A stretch of DNA of 64,000 nucleotides, from contig NW_018406433.1 in the NCBI RefSeq assembly GCF_002113885.1, forward strand, positions 50,215 to 114,214, read 5' to 3'. Both the position numbers and the translations under genes were made by a program. The first letter of the stretch is position 1. Every line of letters starts with the position of its first letter. Source of the DNA: Mizuhopecten yessoensis (taxonomy: Eukaryota). Shown piece after piece: positions 26,081 through 37,429 of the stretch. Below the pieces are notes generated by a model that was not told where the DNA came from, searched no databases, and worked only from the letters and a program-made list of their open reading frames with translations.

Positions 26081-26851
26081 ATCTCTGTTGGTTGAAGTAA
26101 TTAAGATCAACTGTGCAGTGATATTTCTATTAACACAAGAACAAATTCATTGGTTTTTTCTAGTCAATTTATTTAATATAGTTTCATTCCAACAACATAA
26201 ATTATATATATGTATATTAAAGAAAGACAAAGTGTAAATATATCGTAACTTGTTATTTCTGTAACTACATCATCAAAACTACATTGGATGAATAGAGGAC
26301 TATCTTATACAACTTATCTTATTTAGGTTACAACACAAACAAAACTACCAAACAACATTTTCATTTTCCTCAACAGTAAATTATTAGCCCTAATATTAGT
26401 GATGAAATAACTAGAATAACGTACATAATGTCTCATGACATGCTTTGACTTCCCATGGTTTTATAATATCATAAACTTTCCTATTTGCTTAAGCATTTGA
26501 TTTAAGTCACTGTTGGCCTGGTTTAAGACTTGAGTCCTTACCATCAGTGACCACTATAAGGCATTGGGTGTTAAACAACACCAGTAGAACACAGCGATAC
26601 AAAGTTAGCTGCCTGCTTTAGGGTCACAACTCCTCAAACCAGATCACATGACTTAATATGTCCAATCATAACTTTTTCATGTGTACATGAGATTATTAAG
26701 CATGAAAAAAAAGGTAATTGTACGGTATAATAACAAAATATCACATAAAAGTATAAATCAACTTTCGTCTCATTACAACAATATAACACTTATTAAAGCA
26801 TCAAAGCATATTAATCACATTGTCACTATATAACACTGTTATATACATTGT

Positions 26852-28350
26852 CAGTCACCAACACATAAACAACTACTGGAGTCACCAACACACACACAAC
26901 TCCTGGAGTCACCAACACACAAACAACTACTGGAGTCACCAACACACACACACAACTCCTGGAGTCACCAACATACAAACAACTACTCGAGTCACCAACA
27001 CATAAACAACTACTGGAGTCACCAACACACAAACAACTCCTGGAGTCACCAACATACAAACAACTACTGGAGTCACCAACACACAAACAACTGCTTGAGT
27101 CACCAACACACAAACAACTACTCGAGTCACCAACACATAAACAACTACTCGAGTCACCAACACATAAACAACTACTGGAGTCACCAACACACACACAACT
27201 ACTGGAGTCAACAACAAACACACAACTACTTGAGTCACCAACACACAAACAACTACTGGAGTCACCAACACACAAACAACTACTGGGGTCACCAACACAC
27301 AAACAACTATTTGAGTCACCAACAAACTAACAACTACTGGAGTCACCAACACACAAACAACTACTTGAGTCAACAACAAACACACAACTACTGGGGTCAC
27401 CAACACACAAACAACTACTGGAGTCACCAACACACACACAACTATTGGAGTCACCAACACACACACAACTACTCTAGTCACCAACACACAAACAACTACT
27501 CGAGTCACCAACACACAAACAACTACTGGAGTCAACAACAAACACACAACTACTGGGGTCAACAACACACAAACATCTACTGGAGTCACCAACACACACA
27601 CAACTATTTGAGTCAACAACAAACACACAACTGCTGGGGTCACCAACACACAAACAACTCCGGGAGCCACCAACACACACACAACTATTTGAGTCAACAA
27701 CACACAAACAACTACTGGAGTCACCAACACACACACAACTATTAGAGTCACCAACACACAAACAACTGCTTGAGTCACCAACACACAAACAACTACTTGA
27801 GTCACCAACACACAAACAACTACTCGAGTCACCAACACACAAACAACTACTGGAGTCACCAACACACAAACAACTGCTTGAGTCACCAACCCACAAACAA
27901 CTACTTGAGTCACCAACACACACACAACTACTTGAGTCAACAACAAACACACAACTACTGGGGTCACCAACACCCAAACAACTACTGGAGTCACCAACAC
28001 ACAAACAACTATTTGAGTCACCAACAAACACACAACTACTGGGGTCACCAACACCCAAACAACTACTGGAGTCACCAACACACAAACAACTACTTGAGTC
28101 GCCAACACACAAACAACTACTTGAGTCACCAACACATAAACAACTACTGGAGCCGCCAACACACAAACAACTACTGAAGTCACCAACACAAACAACTGCT
28201 TGAGTCACCAACACACAAACAACTACTTGAGTCACCAACACACAAACAACTACTTGAGTCACCAACACATAAACAACTACTGGAGCCACCAACACACAAA
28301 CAACTACTCGAGTCACCAACACACAAACAACTACTTGGGTCACCAACACA
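26852..28350. repeat. 27-bp minisatellite
   Basis: (gagtcaccaacacacaaacaactactg)n, about 55 copies. Source of the SHQHTNNYW / CVGDSSSCL / VVCVLVTP ORFs. Confidence 0.95.
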
Positions 28351-28837
28351 AAGAAAAGACCAGGAAGAAAAATGAACCAGATTTCATATTACACTGTACT
28401 AAAAATAAATCAGTTGTAGCAATGAAAAATATGACAAAATAAAAGGCAACAATACACACGGGTAATATTAAGTTGAATTTATCATACGAATATACTGATT
28501 GTAAAGAATGTCCTCTGTTCAATTTGATGACAACTACTGTTTGCTAATGAGATCGGAAATCTAGTACTAAACAATTGTACATGTGTAGGGTTTTCTACAT
28601 TATTACATAAATATGGTAAAAAGTATTCAGAAACAATAGAATTAGTAAAAAAAAAAAAGGGCAGTTACTTATGATAACGCCAATACCAACTTATACATTC
28701 ATAAGAACTTGTAATTCATGTATATTGTATTGAAATAGATGCACTTATTGTGAACAAGAACTGCTTGGCTAAGAATTTTGATTTAATATCAGGATTTTGT
28801 TATATAGATGTTTTACCATTGAGGACTAACTGAAAGT

Positions 28838-28900
28838 AGAGCTGTCACCGAGGGGTTGACTAGTATACCCCCTTACACTGCGTTGCGGGGGGTATAATAA
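28838..28900. mobile_element. Minimal HINE-like remnant
   Basis: agagctgtcac...gtatacccccttacactgcgttgcggggggtataat, with a TATACCCCC/GGGGGTATA hairpin. Confidence 0.35.
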
Positions 28901-29611
28901 CACCAATGTGCATACTGTGAACAAAAGTTATATAAAAACGCTTTGGTTTCTTGTCAAATAACCTTTGGGAAATAGTAACAAAAATTAAACAGAAAATAAA
29001 TTGTGTCTACATCGCAACTTAATAATTTCAGATTTAACAGTTAAAGGAATATCAATGACATTATAGTAAATTCCTAAGTCAATAATTTCAGATGAAACAG
29101 TTGAAGATAATATCAATGTTATCATAGTATATTCTGAAGTCACACCTCTGTTGTCTCTGGACAGCTTCGAACAGTGGTGCCTTATTTTACGATATCCTCG
29201 GTGCACAACTAAATAGGTATCTTCATATTAATTCCACAAAATAAACGTGTGTTAAGTATAAAGAAGAAATTAACATCACCCCTCAATGCTTCATGTAGGA
29301 AACATTCAGTTTTGTTCATTAAATCATTACAAAAATATCTTAAAGAGCAAGAGAAGTCAAGTAAACATGTGTCTACCTGTATAAGACTACCTATAGAACA
29401 TATAGACCATCAGACTTAAACATCTCAGATGGAATTAACTCAGCTGAGACAAAGTTCCTCACATTTCTAATATAAAACAATAATTCCTTCAATAAGAACT
29501 TAATCTTTAAGCATCTAAGGACACCACTGACATTTCATAAATATTTGATCAGTTTAGATGTTTTGATAAAATTGTTGTGCAGATTTCCCCAGCAATAAAA
29601 AGTACTGAAAT

Positions 29612-32020
29612 TCATTATATTAACAAAGTGTGCAAAGGTTTGGTTATTTGCACAAAACATGCAAACCAACAGATGGGCTGTAATATTTGTATGAAGTAAG
29701 GACAGATTTACTCTGGCCAACAGACGGGCTGTACTTTTTGTTTGAAGTCAGGACAGATTTACTCTCCCCCCCAGCCGGGCCCCCCCACCTGTTTGAAGTA
29801 AGGATAGATTTACTCTGGACTGACACATCACACAAGGTACAATCTGCATTCATTGAATTTATTAATGATTATATTAACAAAGTGTGCAAAGGTTTGGTTA
29901 TTTGCACAAAACATGCAAACCAACAGATGGGCTTTAATATTTGTATGAAGTAAGGACAGATTTCCTCTGGACAACAGACGGGCTGCACTATTTGTTTGAA
30001 GAAAGGACAGATTTACTCAGGACAACAGATGGGCTGTAATATTTGTACGATGTAAGGACAGATTTACGCTGGACTGACACATCACACAAGGTTCAATCTG
30101 CATTCATTGAATTTATTAATGATTATATTAACAAAGTGTGCAAAGGTTTGGTTATTTGCACAAAACATGCAAACCAACAGATGGGCTTTAATATTTGTAT
30201 GAAGTAAGAACAGATTTCCTCTGGACAACAGACAGGCTGTACTATTTGTATGAAGTAAGAACAGATTTACTCTGGAGAACAGACGGGCTGTACTTTTTGT
30301 TTGAAGTCAGGACAGATTTACTCTTGACAACAGATGGGCTGTTCTATTTGTATGAAGTAAGAACAGATTTACTCTGGTCAACAGACGGGCTGTACTTTTT
30401 GTTTGAAGTAAGGATAGATTTACTCTGGACAACATATGGGCTGTAATATTTGTATGAAGTAAGGGCAGATTTACTCTGGAGAACAGACGGGCTGTAATAT
30501 TTGTACGATGTAAGGACAGATTTACGCTGGACAACAGACGGGCTGTGCTATTTGTTTGAAGTAAGGGCAGATTGACTCTGGACAACAGAGGGGCTGTAAT
30601 ATTTGTACGATGTAAGGACAGATTTACGCTGGACTGACACATCACACAAGGTACAATCTGCATTCATTGAATTTATTAATGATTTATTATATTTCATTTT
30701 CTAGTATAACACGGTACCAAGTCTTATGTATAAATCAGAAGTAAAAGATGTAACATTAGCCTAATGACGTCTACTTTAACAATGACGAGGTCTAGACATC
30801 TGTATCATATTGCATTGTCAACAATTTTGAGCATCACAACAGTTTAATGAAAACCACATATCCTATTCTAGCTGCTGCTTTAGGTAAAATTTTCAACAGC
30901 AACAGAGAAAAAACACAAAATCAACTTTACATGTATGTACCTGTATGTACAGGTACATACAGGTTACAAGTTTGATACAAAACAATATATTCACTAACAA
31001 TGTAACAACATCTAAGTCGGGGCACAAAACAGCTAGATTACTTTACACAGTAAATTATGATCAGCAATTATTTATATTAACAAAGTGTGCAAAGGTTTGG
31101 TTATTTGCACAAAACATGCAAACCACCAGATGGGCTGTAATATTTGTACGATGTAAGGACAGATTTACGCTGGACTGACACATCACACAAGGTACAATCT
31201 GCATTCATTGAATTTATTAATGATTATATTAACAAAGTGTGCAAAGGTTTGGTTATTTGCACAAAACATGCAAACCAACAGATGGGCTGTACTATTTGTA
31301 CGAAGTAATGACAGATTTACGCTGGACTGACACATCACACAAGGTACAATCTGCATTCATTGAATTTATTAATGATTATATTAACAAAGTGTGCAAAGGT
31401 TTGGTTATTTGCACAAAACATGCAAACCACCAGATGGGCTGTAATATTTTTATGAAGTAAGGACACATTTACTCTGGAAAACAGACGGGCTGTACTATTT
31501 GTATGAAGTAAGGGCAGATTGACTCTGGACAACAGAGGGGCTGTAATATTTGTACGAAGTAAGGACAGATTTACTCTGGACTGACACATCACACAAGGTT
31601 CAATCTGCATTCATTGAATTTATTAATGACTTATTATATTACATTTTCTAGTATAACACGGTACCAAGTCTTATGTATAAATCAGAAGTAAAAGATGTAA
31701 CATTAGCCTAATGACGTCTACTTTAACAATGACGAGGTCTAGACATCTGTATCATATTGCATTGTCAACAATTTTGAGCATCACAACAGTTTAATGAAAA
31801 CCACATATCCTATTCTAGCTGCTCCTTTAGGTAAAATTTTCAACAGCAACAGAGAAAAAACACAAAATCAACTTTACATGTATGTACCTGTATGTACAGG
31901 TACATACAGGTTACAAGTTTGATACAAAACAATATATTCACTAACAATGTAACAACATCTAAGTCGGGGCACAAAACAGCTAGATTACTTTACACAGTAA
32001 ATTATGATCAGCAATTATTT
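29612..32020. repeat. Nested tandem duplication: ~53-bp subunits within larger units, plus a duplicated ~480-bp block
   Basis: Repeated aacaaagtgtgcaaaggtttggttatttgcacaaaacatgcaaacc and gaagtaaggacagatttactctgg units; about 30590-31072 recurs near-identically at about 31537-32020. Confidence 0.85.
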
Positions 32021-32824
32021 GGTTTGAGACAGAATCTTGGTTATGGGTGTAGTTCAAACTTTATACAGAACACATTTTAAAATGTTCAACAAGAACTATT
32101 GCTTTATCTATACATCCACCATGTTTCTACAACTCGAGATCATAAATCAGATCAATAACAAAGGTTTCTACATTACCTTAAAAAGGTTTTTATCAAAACA
32201 TAAATTTAGAACTTGTCCATCGTACAATAGAGCATTATATGTATTGGAACGAGATGGGAAACCAATGTTTATGTAATTAGGTGGGGGTTTGGATAAGTGC
32301 TACTTTACACTGAGCAGAAGACTTGTAGTTAATGACAGACTGACTTTTGATTTTTGTAAGAACGTAATTAACACTAATTGAGCTAAGTCATTGTACATAG
32401 ACCTGGTATGTTACTGTCCGAATTCCTCCTGACCTTGTAAGGCACTTAAAAACCAGTATTGATTTCACATGACTGAGCTTCAGATGATGATCATTTCTAT
32501 TGGAAACTTTACTTATCATATATATAGGTAGTATCAAGTTCCAATTACATCATCCATGTATTGTACCGAGAACACTATATACATGTAACAGCATTGATAT
32601 CTATTTCAATGTTCTTTGCATACCCCAGTAATACATAACTTTAAATGGTTAGAGACAGTATTTGTGGACTCTATGAAGAGATAAATTTGACTAAAAAATG
32701 TCTATATAAAAAAAATTGAAAGACAAATTCATAAATTTGTGTAATTTGCTAAATCTACTTATCTCTATATATTTCAAATGACCCATCTAACCCTATCAAA
32801 ATTAAATGGTAGTGTAGCCACTGG

Positions 32825-33694
32825 CTATGCTATCATCTGTACAATAGTGGGATCATTCCTGGCTCCCTCTATAAATTCTTCCTGTGACAGCTGTCCATCA
32901 GCATTCTTGTCCATCGTATCGAAAATCTTGTCTGTACGTTCTTCTGCTGCAGACTTGTCACCATTACCCACCATCTTGTATATGGCCTATAAAGGAGAAA
33001 CATTCACAACCATAGAATGTAAGTGTACTATTCAGGGGCGTCAAATTAATGGCTAGTATTAAGTGACATGAATAGTAGAGTCTTGTATTCAGGACACAAA
33101 ACTGACATCCAGTAGGTACAGTAACAGGAGAAAACAGATGTCATATTGCAACAAGAAACAAGGTCAATAAACCATAAAGGAAAACAGAATTATTTCCCAT
33201 AAGTCCGTTCCAAACGATGCAAACATCCAAGTTATATTATTTCTTAAACCAAATAAGACACAAAAAATAGATATAACTAGTCGTGCGTTGAAGTGAGAGG
33301 ATCCTATGTAACTTACCTGTATGATTTCTATCATCTCTTCTCGAGAAACATAACCATTACTGTCGATGTCATACATTCTGAACGCCCATCTCAGCTTCTG
33401 ATCACTGCGTCCACGACTTTTCACACTCAGTGCACACATGAACTCTCTGAAGTTTATAACACCATCACCATTGGCATCGAACGTCCTAAAGGCTTGTGCA
33501 GCAAAGTCCTCCCCATCGCCTTCTGGGAAACAGTTGGAGTATATGGTGGTGAAGTTGTCTATAGTGAGGTGGCCACTAGGATAGTCCTGACGGAAGTTTT
33601 TGTACCAGTCATGCAGCTCCTTCTCGGAGAAGTGTGTGTTGATCTGAAGGTCTGTGAGCTCTTTAGGGCGCAGCTTACTAGTGCTGTGACCCAT
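32825..33694 (-). CDS. Neuronal calcium sensor family protein (neurocalcin/hippocalcin-like), 179 aa, 2 coding exons
   Basis: Exons 33694-33317 and 32986-32825 with a phase-0 GT-AG intron. MGHSTS myristoylation motif; non-binding EF1 (DYPSG); EF2 [14 protein letters not shown]3 [14 protein letters not shown]4 [12 protein letters not shown]; [10 protein letters not shown]. An acceptor at 33753-33755 indicates a 5'UTR intron. Confidence 0.93.
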
Positions 33695-33996
33695 ACTGTA
33701 GTCTTACAGAAATAGGTCTACACAGGAGGTCACCTTATCTATTTGAAACAATCTGAAAAAATACAAAAGTTACATCGTCACAAACAAGCAAAAGGAAGGT
33801 CTACTAGCATACAGTTTGTAATAGGAAGTAGTACCGTAAACAGAATATGTTCTTTTTGCTGGGGTCGAACCCATGACCACAGACGTAGTCCCTCATGCCA
33901 TAGCTATTAATACTGAAAAAAACTTAGCACGTAGAATAAATCAACCAATTAAAACAAGTGGTTTATGCACAAAGTGCAGTGTTCCAGTATATACTG

Positions 33997-34374
33997 TGCA
34001 ACAGGAGACTGAGAAATGCAACAGCCAGACCAAGGTTTGAACCTAGGACCCTCCGAACCCGGGACCCTCTACCAATTGAGATACCTGTTCGCAGATGATC
34101 AACCCAGTCCTGCTCAGCTACATTCCTCCTTCCGTTCTTTAAGTCTTCTACCCCAAAGACATAACTATTTAAAACTCAGGTTCAGATATTATTTTGCTTG
34201 CATTCACCCTGAGTTTCAAACAAGCGTTGGCAAGCCCAATTTTGTTACAGGAGAAAGAGAAATGCAACAGCCAGACCGGGATTCGAACATGGGACCCTCC
34301 AAACTCTAGATGGACGCTCTACTAATTGAGCTACACCTGGTCACAGGCGATCGACCCAGTCCAGCTCTGCTACA
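33997..34374 (-). mobile_element. Terminal-repeat retrotransposon in miniature (TRIM) with tRNA-derived terminal direct repeats
   Basis: Two ~130-bp direct repeats (34243-34374 and 33997-34122), TG...CA on the minus strand; 120-bp internal region; polypurine tract aaagaacggaaggaggaa directly before the 3' repeat; 4-bp TSD ACTG (33993-33996 and 34375-34378); A-box tagctcaattagtagagc and B-box gttcgaatccc inside the repeats. Confidence 0.8.
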
Positions 34375-35747
34375 ACTGTTAACCCTTTAAATAATCATGG
34401 TTATCCCTTATTCAAAATGTCAGACATCTCCTTTAAGCATACTGTATTTTGAGAACATTTTTATCTGAAATATTTGTCACATAATGGTGTAATCCAACTT
34501 CACTCATGAAGCGTCTGCAACGTTTGTCAGCATCCTATCTACATCCGGGGTATTGTTAAGGTCGGAAATAGGGTTCTCGATAACTGCCGCAATTTGAGTA
34601 TCGGAGGTAGTTATCCACAGTATGTGAAAAAATACCAATTAATTTTTGTTTTCTCCAATAAAAACACATTTTTATGAATGACTTGTACTTCAAAGTTGCC
34701 TGTATGATTTCAATATATATATCGTGAATTGTGTGAGGTGAGAACATGTACCCGACAACAATAGTGTTGCGAAAGTCTATCCAGTAAACAGACATAACTT
34801 TACAAGCATAACTAAAATACTAAAATATCCAAAGTTCTCAATAAAATCCATGTAGATTATAAGTCTTGTAAATATGTTCAATATAAACTGCAATTACAAA
34901 TTAATAAAAATATCAATATTTAAAGACAATGCATCCATATATAGACAGAATACAATATATATTGAAAAGTAAACAGTTACATAGATACAATGTTGATGAA
35001 AATTGTTGTTAGGCGGGAGGTATATAACTACATGTACTGATCTTGTGAACATTAAGAACCTAAAAACATTTCCACAATGACTATTTTAAGGAGATTCAAT
35101 TATATTTTCTTGAATTAAATTTCTGATCTCTATCATTGCAGGAAAAACATGTTTGAAGCTTAGACTGTCGATAACTGCCTCCATTGCTCTACTTTCATCG
35201 CCAAGCAACTTCAACCAATCAGAAGTTAGAATTACATTAATACAGTGCCAATATTGCGTTATATGACATCACTTTTCGTGTTGTCTGTGGTTAACTTAGG
35301 TTATAGTACGATATTACCTGTAAAAGTCTAGCATTCAGGGAATAGCCAAAATAAAATTATATGGATATAGCCCATAGACATCCATTGTAATAATTAATCT
35401 GTAATAATTACTTTGTTGTTTTTAAATTCTTTTTATTGGGTTGATATCTAGAAGTCCCTGCCCCATCAAACAAATTAAAACAAGATAATCAGTTATTTTA
35501 AGCGCAAGCCTATACATGCTGTTCATAGTGGATGTATGCATATATATTCCAAAGATATTTAGATCGATAGAATTTAACTTTTTGTGATTTGAAAAGCAGA
35601 CAATTCAAGTTGGCCAAATATTGTTCTATTTTCAGTACAATAAATTAGTCCTTCAACTTTTATAGTACATACTAGGGGAATATGATAACAGGAGAGAGGT
35701 TCTATGTTTAGACAGTTTTCTCCCCTTTTTGAGGAGGAGACCTAGAC

Positions 35748-35957
35748 CACAGGGACCTGAGAATTTGTCACAGCTATATTTGGACCTAAACTAAGGTGTT
35801 TAGAGTAATTTTTACACGTTTGTGGGGTCACGTATATTATCATCAATGGGGTGACTTTTTACCGAAAATCAATCTAAACCCCCTAAAACGTGTAAAATTA
35901 CTCTGAACACCTAGTTTAGGTCCAAATATAGATGTAACAAATTCTCAGGTCCCTGTG
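35748..35957. mobile_element. Fold-back MITE with ~75-bp TIRs and an 8-bp TSD (hAT/P-like)
   Basis: CACAGGGACCTGAGAATTTGT...ACAAATTCTCAGGTCCCTGTG; flanks acctagac and acctggac (1 mismatch). Confidence 0.8.
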
Positions 35958-36261
35958 ACCTGGACTGGAACAGAGAAACACGAAAAATGTGAATTGATTA
36001 CCAAACTTTGCTAACAAAATCTTTAAATAGGTGGAATGGGTTTATATATACAGATAATTAGTCAATAGGTATATATATACAAGATAGATAGTCAATGGGT
36101 ATATATATACAGATAATTAGTCAATGGGTATATATATACAGATAATTAGTCACAAAGTCTTACAAAGGATTTTTACCCAAGCTAGTTCAACACATTTTGC
36201 TATATAATTATTATTATTAGCTCACCTGTAGATTTCTAGATACTGTGCAGGTGAGTAACAC

Positions 36262-36790
36262 ATACAAGATACAAGAATTTGTATTTAGAGTCGTGTTTGT
36301 AACAATGCAACTTTAGCTCAGAAGAGCTAATCTAACGACTATATCACAATCAATACACCATATAAATTAATTTCACAGACGTTTCAGTCTAATGTACATA
36401 TATGCCAATATGGCAAAAACTAAAAATTGACAGAATACATGCTAATATAGCATAATCTAAAACAAACATTTATGAAACAATGATTAGGAATTAACAGCAT
36501 AAAAAGAATTACACAAAAGAAATTAAGCAGCACTAAGAACTAAAACTTATATATGACAACTATTTCTGGAGCAATAAAACGAAAACTAAGAGCCAAAAAA
36601 TCAATTTTTCTACAGATGATATGGTGGAACATGTACAGATGGGACCATCCCAGGTGTGGACCTTCACATCTCCGCACTTCGTTTGGAAGACTGTTCCACA
36701 CCCGGGTCGCCTCAAACGAGAAAGGTTTCTGCCCATACCTGGTAGTTTTACAGATGGGATACCAAATGTATACAGTATACTGTACACATA
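36262..36790 (-). mobile_element. 5'-truncated CR1/L2-group LINE 3' end
   Basis: ORF2 C-terminal motif TTRYGQKPFSFEATRVWNSLPNEVR...WDGPICTC, then a 3'UTR and a (TCTTGTA)2 tail at about 36262-36277. Confidence 0.65.
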
Positions 36791-37429
36791 CAGGTACGAT
36801 GTTCCTTCTTGCCGAGAAAGGGTTGCGCGTAAGACAAAGCAGCTTTAACAACTAATCAAGTTACGTTCACGGACTTTCTCTGCCTGAATTCCTCTGTTTT
36901 TAGGAAAATCCCAAATAATAACACTATTTTGCTATTTTTAGAACGCGTCATCGACTGAGGACGCTCAAGTAGACCTACTACAATCAATCGTTAAAACTCG
37001 TATTCCGACCCAACCCCATGCCAGACCGCGCGATCCAAAATCTGCGGCGTAACCTTATTATGGAAACAGAACTTATCATAATATTCCAAAAAAATAAAAT
37101 AAAATAAGAATGACACTAGAAGAAGCATGATGCAAAACTGTTATACAATTATTTCTTACCATTTTCTTCGACTTGGTAAGAGCACAACCAGCTATATTGT
37201 AAGTATATGTGTGACGATTCTCGATTACTTTTACCGTACGTACTCTGCCATCTTTATCAGCTGCGCTATAAGCGTTTATACACTTAGTTATTATACATTC
37301 TGTCTAATACTTTGCAGTAATCCCAGTCAATAACATGATTTTCCTATATAGCATGGTCTGTGATTGCCGATTTTTTGACCTGGTATTCCGCTTTTTGGGG
37401 TAAATTTGTTTCTGTATCTTTCCGGGGTT

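Noticed and set aside
26826-28442. His/Asn-rich and Cys/Val-rich ORFs suggestive of shell-matrix or metal-binding proteins
   Set aside because: 27-bp tandem repeat with scattered stops and frameshifts, open in many frames; no coding context.
34260-34345. tRNA gene
   Set aside because: A and B boxes are present but the stems are degenerate, and the sequence is duplicated inside the terminal repeats of a TRIM.
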